64,000 nt of DNA from Limnothrix sp. BL-A-16 (lineage in GTDB: Bacteria > Cyanobacteriota > Cyanobacteriia > CACIAM-69d): the NCBI GenBank assembly GCA_041937175.2, contig CP166615.1, positions 256,001-320,000 of the forward strand, read 5' to 3'. Position 1 is the first letter of the stretch; each line of letters starts with the position of its first letter. Positions 60,869-64,000 of this stretch are shown one piece after another. The notes under the pieces were generated by a model. That model had not been told where the DNA came from. It saw only the letters and a list, made by a program, of their open reading frames with translations, and ran no database searches. Position numbers and translations under genes: made by a program.

Positions 60869-63800
60869 TTAGAGAAAAACGGCTAATTTGGAACCTTCAG
60901 CGGTCTTTTGCACTTCAATGCGGGCGGTGAATGCCTCCTTGAGTTGGGGAATGTGGGTGACCGTGAGGATGCAACCAAAATCTGGGGCGATCGCATTAAT
61001 GGCTGCTACCAATCGATCGCGCCCTGCATCATCCTGGGTGCCAAATCCTTCATCAATGATCAGAAGCTGCAATGCTGTTCCCGATCGCTGGGCCAATAGT
61101 CGCGACAGGGCAAGCCGAATCGCAAAGTTAATCCGAAAGGATTCGCCACCGGAATAGGTTTCGTAGGGGCGAGTGCCTTGGGCATCGGCAATTTGAATTT
61201 CTAGGGTTTCGATAGTGGCGCTGGCTAAATCGGTTGCTTTCTGTCGCTTGGTTGCGGTTTTTTTGAGGCGTTGAGTCACAAAATTAATGTGCAGTTGATT
61301 GGCACTTAATTGGGACAAAATTCGATTGGCTTCCGCTTCCAGTTGAGGCAAAAGGGTTTCGATCGCCAAGGCTTGAATTCCATTTTTGCCAAAGGCCTTG
61401 GCCAATTCGTCATAAACGCGCTGTTGATGATGTTTCTGCTGGAGTTGTTGTCGATCGCGCCCGATCTGCTCCGCTAATTGTTGCAAAAATTCCTGCTGTT
61501 GGGAAAGTTGGGCTTGCTTGGCCACCGTTGATTCGATCGCCCGTTGCAGATCATTGAGTTGCACATCAAGCTGTTGTAAGTCCTGGCTGGGATCCGGTTG
61601 GCTGGTCAGTTGCGCTTGCACCTCTGCCCACTGTTTTGCGAGTTGATTTTGGGTTTCGGTTTGGGTCTGTTGGGCTTGGGTAAGCTGCCGTTGCCGATCG
61701 AGCAGTTGGGGCGCTTCCTGTTGGCATTGACGCAGGGTTTCTGCTCGGGCTAACCACCCCTGAGCCGATCGCAATTTTGCCCGTACCTGTTCATGGTGAT
61801 CGGGTTGATAATTCAGCGCTGCCAGTTGTTTCTTAATCAGGGCCAATTGGGCAGTTAATGAAGTAGGTTCAGCCGGGTCTAAATGACTGGCCAGGGTTTT
61901 TTGAAGTCGATCGCGCTCTGCCAATAACGCCGGTCGCCGCTGTTGCAATTGTTCTAGCTTTCGTTGGGCTTGGTTCAATTCATGCTGTTTCAGTTCGACC
62001 CACCGCCAGCGATCGACCTCAGCCCGCGCCAAGGCCAGGTTTCGATCGTCAAAATTCAAGGCTGTTAGGCGATCGTCTAACTCGGCTAGCTCATGGCGCA
62101 AATCTGGGAGCGATCGTCCCAATTCTGGTAACGGTTCGGGTACTGATCCACCCCGATCAAACCAATCCAAAGTCGCTGTCAGTTGGGCGATTGTGGCTTC
62201 CTGAGCCGCCAAGGAAATTTGCTCTTGCTCCAGGGTTTGCAGTTGTTCTTGCAGCTTGCCCCGTTCTTCAATCAAACTATTCAGGGGCTGCAATTCCTGT
62301 TTGAGGTCTCGATATTCCTGGCGCAAGATCTGAATTTCGCGTTCTGTCAAAGCCAACTGCTCTTGAAGCACCCACAGGCGATCGCGCAGTTCCGTTTCTT
62401 CGAGTTTTTGCTTGGCTTGCACTCGCTCCAGGTGATGTTGATCTAGGGGTTGATCGCACAGGGGACAAGCGCCATAGTCCTCTGATATTTCGTGAATTTC
62501 CTGATTTTGACTCTTCTGAATCGCCGGTTGCTCTGCCAGCAGGGTCATTTTTTCAGTCAGCTTTGCAAGCTGATTCTGTAAATCCACCTGCATTCCTGTT
62601 AAGCGATCAATAAACCCTTTTCGTTCAGTGCCTTTCTCTTGAACCCGATCTTGATAAACTTTGCGATTCTCAAGAGTTTGAATCCGTTGATCAATCTGTT
62701 CCCATTGCTGAACCAGTTGAGGACGACGCGCCACAGAAGCCATCGCTCGTTGCTGCAAATTCTGTAACTCTTCCAAACGAGCCACCAAGCGCGATCGCAC
62801 CCGATCACCCTCTTGAAGAAGCTGCTGTCGCCGTTGAACCAAGGGAGCTGCCTGGGTTTGCATTTGCTCCAATTGGTTTAAATGGTGGCGTGCAGCTTGC
62901 CACTGAGTTGCCGCCGATTCCACCTCCGATCGCTGATTCAGAATGCTCTGTAATTCCTGTTCCTGTTGTGCCAAATCCTGCAAGCGACTATGCAACGTGC
63001 GCTGCTCATTTTCCAATCGGTTCACTTCCCGATCGAGCGCTTGTTGTCGCTGGTTTTGCTCCGTTATCCATTGATGATACTGCTGGGATTTTTGACCCAA
63101 CATTTCATCTTCCCGTTGCCATTGCTGAAGCTGCTGAATTCCCGCTTCAATTTCCGTTTGGGCGGCCAAGGTGCGATCAATTTCTGCTTGTCGGTGGGCC
63201 AGTCGTTGACCTTCCTGGGCCAACCGTTCCAGCTCTTGGCGAATGGTTTGTTGCTGCTGCTGAATCCATTGCAATTGTTGTTGCTGGGTTTGGCGTTGCG
63301 CTGCAATCGATCGCAACTGCTCCAGTCGGGCTTCTGCCTTTTGCCGATCGCCCCGTAGCGCTTTGAGCTGTTGTTCAATGGTGGCCAACTCTTGGGCCAA
63401 ACTAGCTCGATCGGCTAGCTTTTGCTCCTGGGATTGAATCGACTCCTCCAGTTGCTTGGTTTCACCCTTCAACAGCTTTGAGCGTTCCTTCGCCTGCTCG
63501 GCCAAATCATCGTATTGCCCCAGCTTCAACAAATCCGCCAAAATGTCCTTCCGATCGGCCGGTGTTTTCAACATGAATTCATCGGCTCGTCCCTGACGCA
63601 AATAGGCCGAATTAACAAAGGTGTCATAGTCCAGCCGCAAGCGCTGCAAAATAGCTGCTTGGGTCGCTCTTGCCCCCCGTTCCGTTAAGCTGCGAAAGGC
63701 CCATTGATCGGGATCGCCCTCATCGATCGCCATCTGAAATTCCAACGCAGTGGTTTGGCCCAATCGGCGTGTTCGGATTACCCGATAAACCTCATGACCA

Positions 63801-64000
63801 AACCGAAAGGTAAAGTTAACGGTCGCTTCCGTTTCGCCCGCGAAAATTACATCATCTTCGGTGGAAGCGCGACTTTTACCCCAAATTGACCAAGCCATGG
63901 CTTCCAGTAGTGATGACTTCCCTGCACCATTGGCTCCACAAATACAAGCCGTTTGCAGCCCCCCAAAGTGTAGGGTTGCTTCTCGATAACTGAGGAAATT
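60869..64000 (-). CDS. sbcC: SbcC/Rad50 ATPase, N-terminus truncated by window end
   Basis: NFLSY..., GANGAGKS Walker A, CPLC zinc hook, YSGGE signature, LLIIDEGFG; frame open to 64000. Confidence 0.95.
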   Translation of the reverse strand, partial: NFLSYREATLHFGGLQTACICGANGAGKSSLLEAMAWSIWGKSRASTEDDVIFAGETEATVNFTFRFGHEVYRVIRTRRLGQTTALEFQMAIDEGDPDQWAFRSLTERGARATQAAILQRLRLDYDTFVNSAYLRQGRADEFMLKTPADRKDILADLLKLGQYDDLAEQAKERSKLLKGETKQLEESIQSQEQKLADRASLAQELATIEQQLKALRGDRQKAEARLEQLRSIAAQRQTQQQQLQWIQQQQQTIRQELERLAQEGQRLAHRQAEIDRTLAAQTEIEAGIQQLQQWQREDEMLGQKSQQYHQWITEQNQRQQALDREVNRLENEQRTLHSRLQDLAQQEQELQSILNQRSEVESAATQWQAARHHLNQLEQMQTQAAPLVQRRQQLLQEGDRVRSRLVARLEELQNLQQRAMASVARRPQLVQQWEQIDQRIQTLENRKVYQDRVQEKGTERKGFIDRLTGMQVDLQNQLAKLTEKMTLLAEQPAIQKSQNQEIHEISEDYGACPLCDQPLDQHHLERVQAKQKLEETELRDRLWVLQEQLALTEREIQILRQEYRDLKQELQPLNSLIEERGKLQEQLQTLEQEQISLAAQEATIAQLTATLDWFDRGGSVPEPLPELGRSLPDLRHELAELDDRLTALNFDDRNLALARAEVDRWRWVELKQHELNQAQRKLEQLQQRRPALLAERDRLQKTLASHLDPAEPTSLTAQLALIKKQLAALNYQPDHHEQVRAKLRSAQGWLARAETLRQCQQEAPQLLDRQRQLTQAQQTQTETQNQLAKQWAEVQAQLTSQPDPSQDLQQLDVQLNDLQRAIESTVAKQAQLSQQQEFLQQLAEQIGRDRQQLQQKHHQQRVYDELAKAFGKNGIQALAIETLLPQLEAEANRILSQLSANQLHINFVTQRLKKTATKRQKATDLASATIETLEIQIADAQGTRPYETYSGGESFRINFAIRLALSRLLAQRSGTALQLLIIDEGFGTQDDAGRDRLVAAINAIAPDFGCILTVTHIPQLKEAFTARIEVQKTAEGSKLAVFL

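Larger units (their letters stand above)
1..64000. repeat. HIP1 octamer GCGATCGC dispersed through the window
   Basis: Many occurrences in coding and non-coding DNA (e.g. 300, 2069, 5382); not counted exactly. Confidence 0.95.

Noticed and set aside
384..63889. Many long antisense or alternate-frame ORFs in the track (e.g. 384-1199, 5137-5940, 7851-8897, 48305-49123, 57091-57921)
   Set aside because: They shadow well-supported genes in GC-rich DNA and show no recognisable motifs.

Overview
This is a cyanobacterial chromosome segment: HIP1 GCGATCGC is very frequent and several genes are cyanobacteria-type (ftsH2, sigG, ComFB, COP23, fibrillin, PatA-like, flavodiiron). Most of it is housekeeping (serA, gpmI-secG, rpmI-rplT, tatC, mraY, argS, miaA, murE, partial sbcC), with a signalling-rich stretch at 40.7-52.5 kb. 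No rRNA, tRNA, CRISPR array or prophage was seen. The unusual content is small and intergenic. (1) A ~145-bp MITE carries a REP-like palindrome (CAAGGGGCTTAAGCCCCTTG) internally and is also inserted at the central TA of that same palindrome, once inside an older copy of itself. (2) A second MITE family carries the same palindrome variant in inverted orientation. (3) A 195-bp IS200/IS605 derivative keeps only the left end, a putative promoter and the tnpB-tail/omegaRNA-right end, so it is a candidate stand-alone guide-RNA cassette; two weaker remnants of the same kind are present. (4) An IS5-family element has a +1 A8 junction between its ORFs. Protein oddities are a large serine recombinase lacking the catalytic motif, an EAL phosphodiesterase fused to a His-less DHp-like helix, a ~55-aa insertion in MiaA and a ynfA pseudogene. 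All calls come from motif reading by eye; no database search was run.
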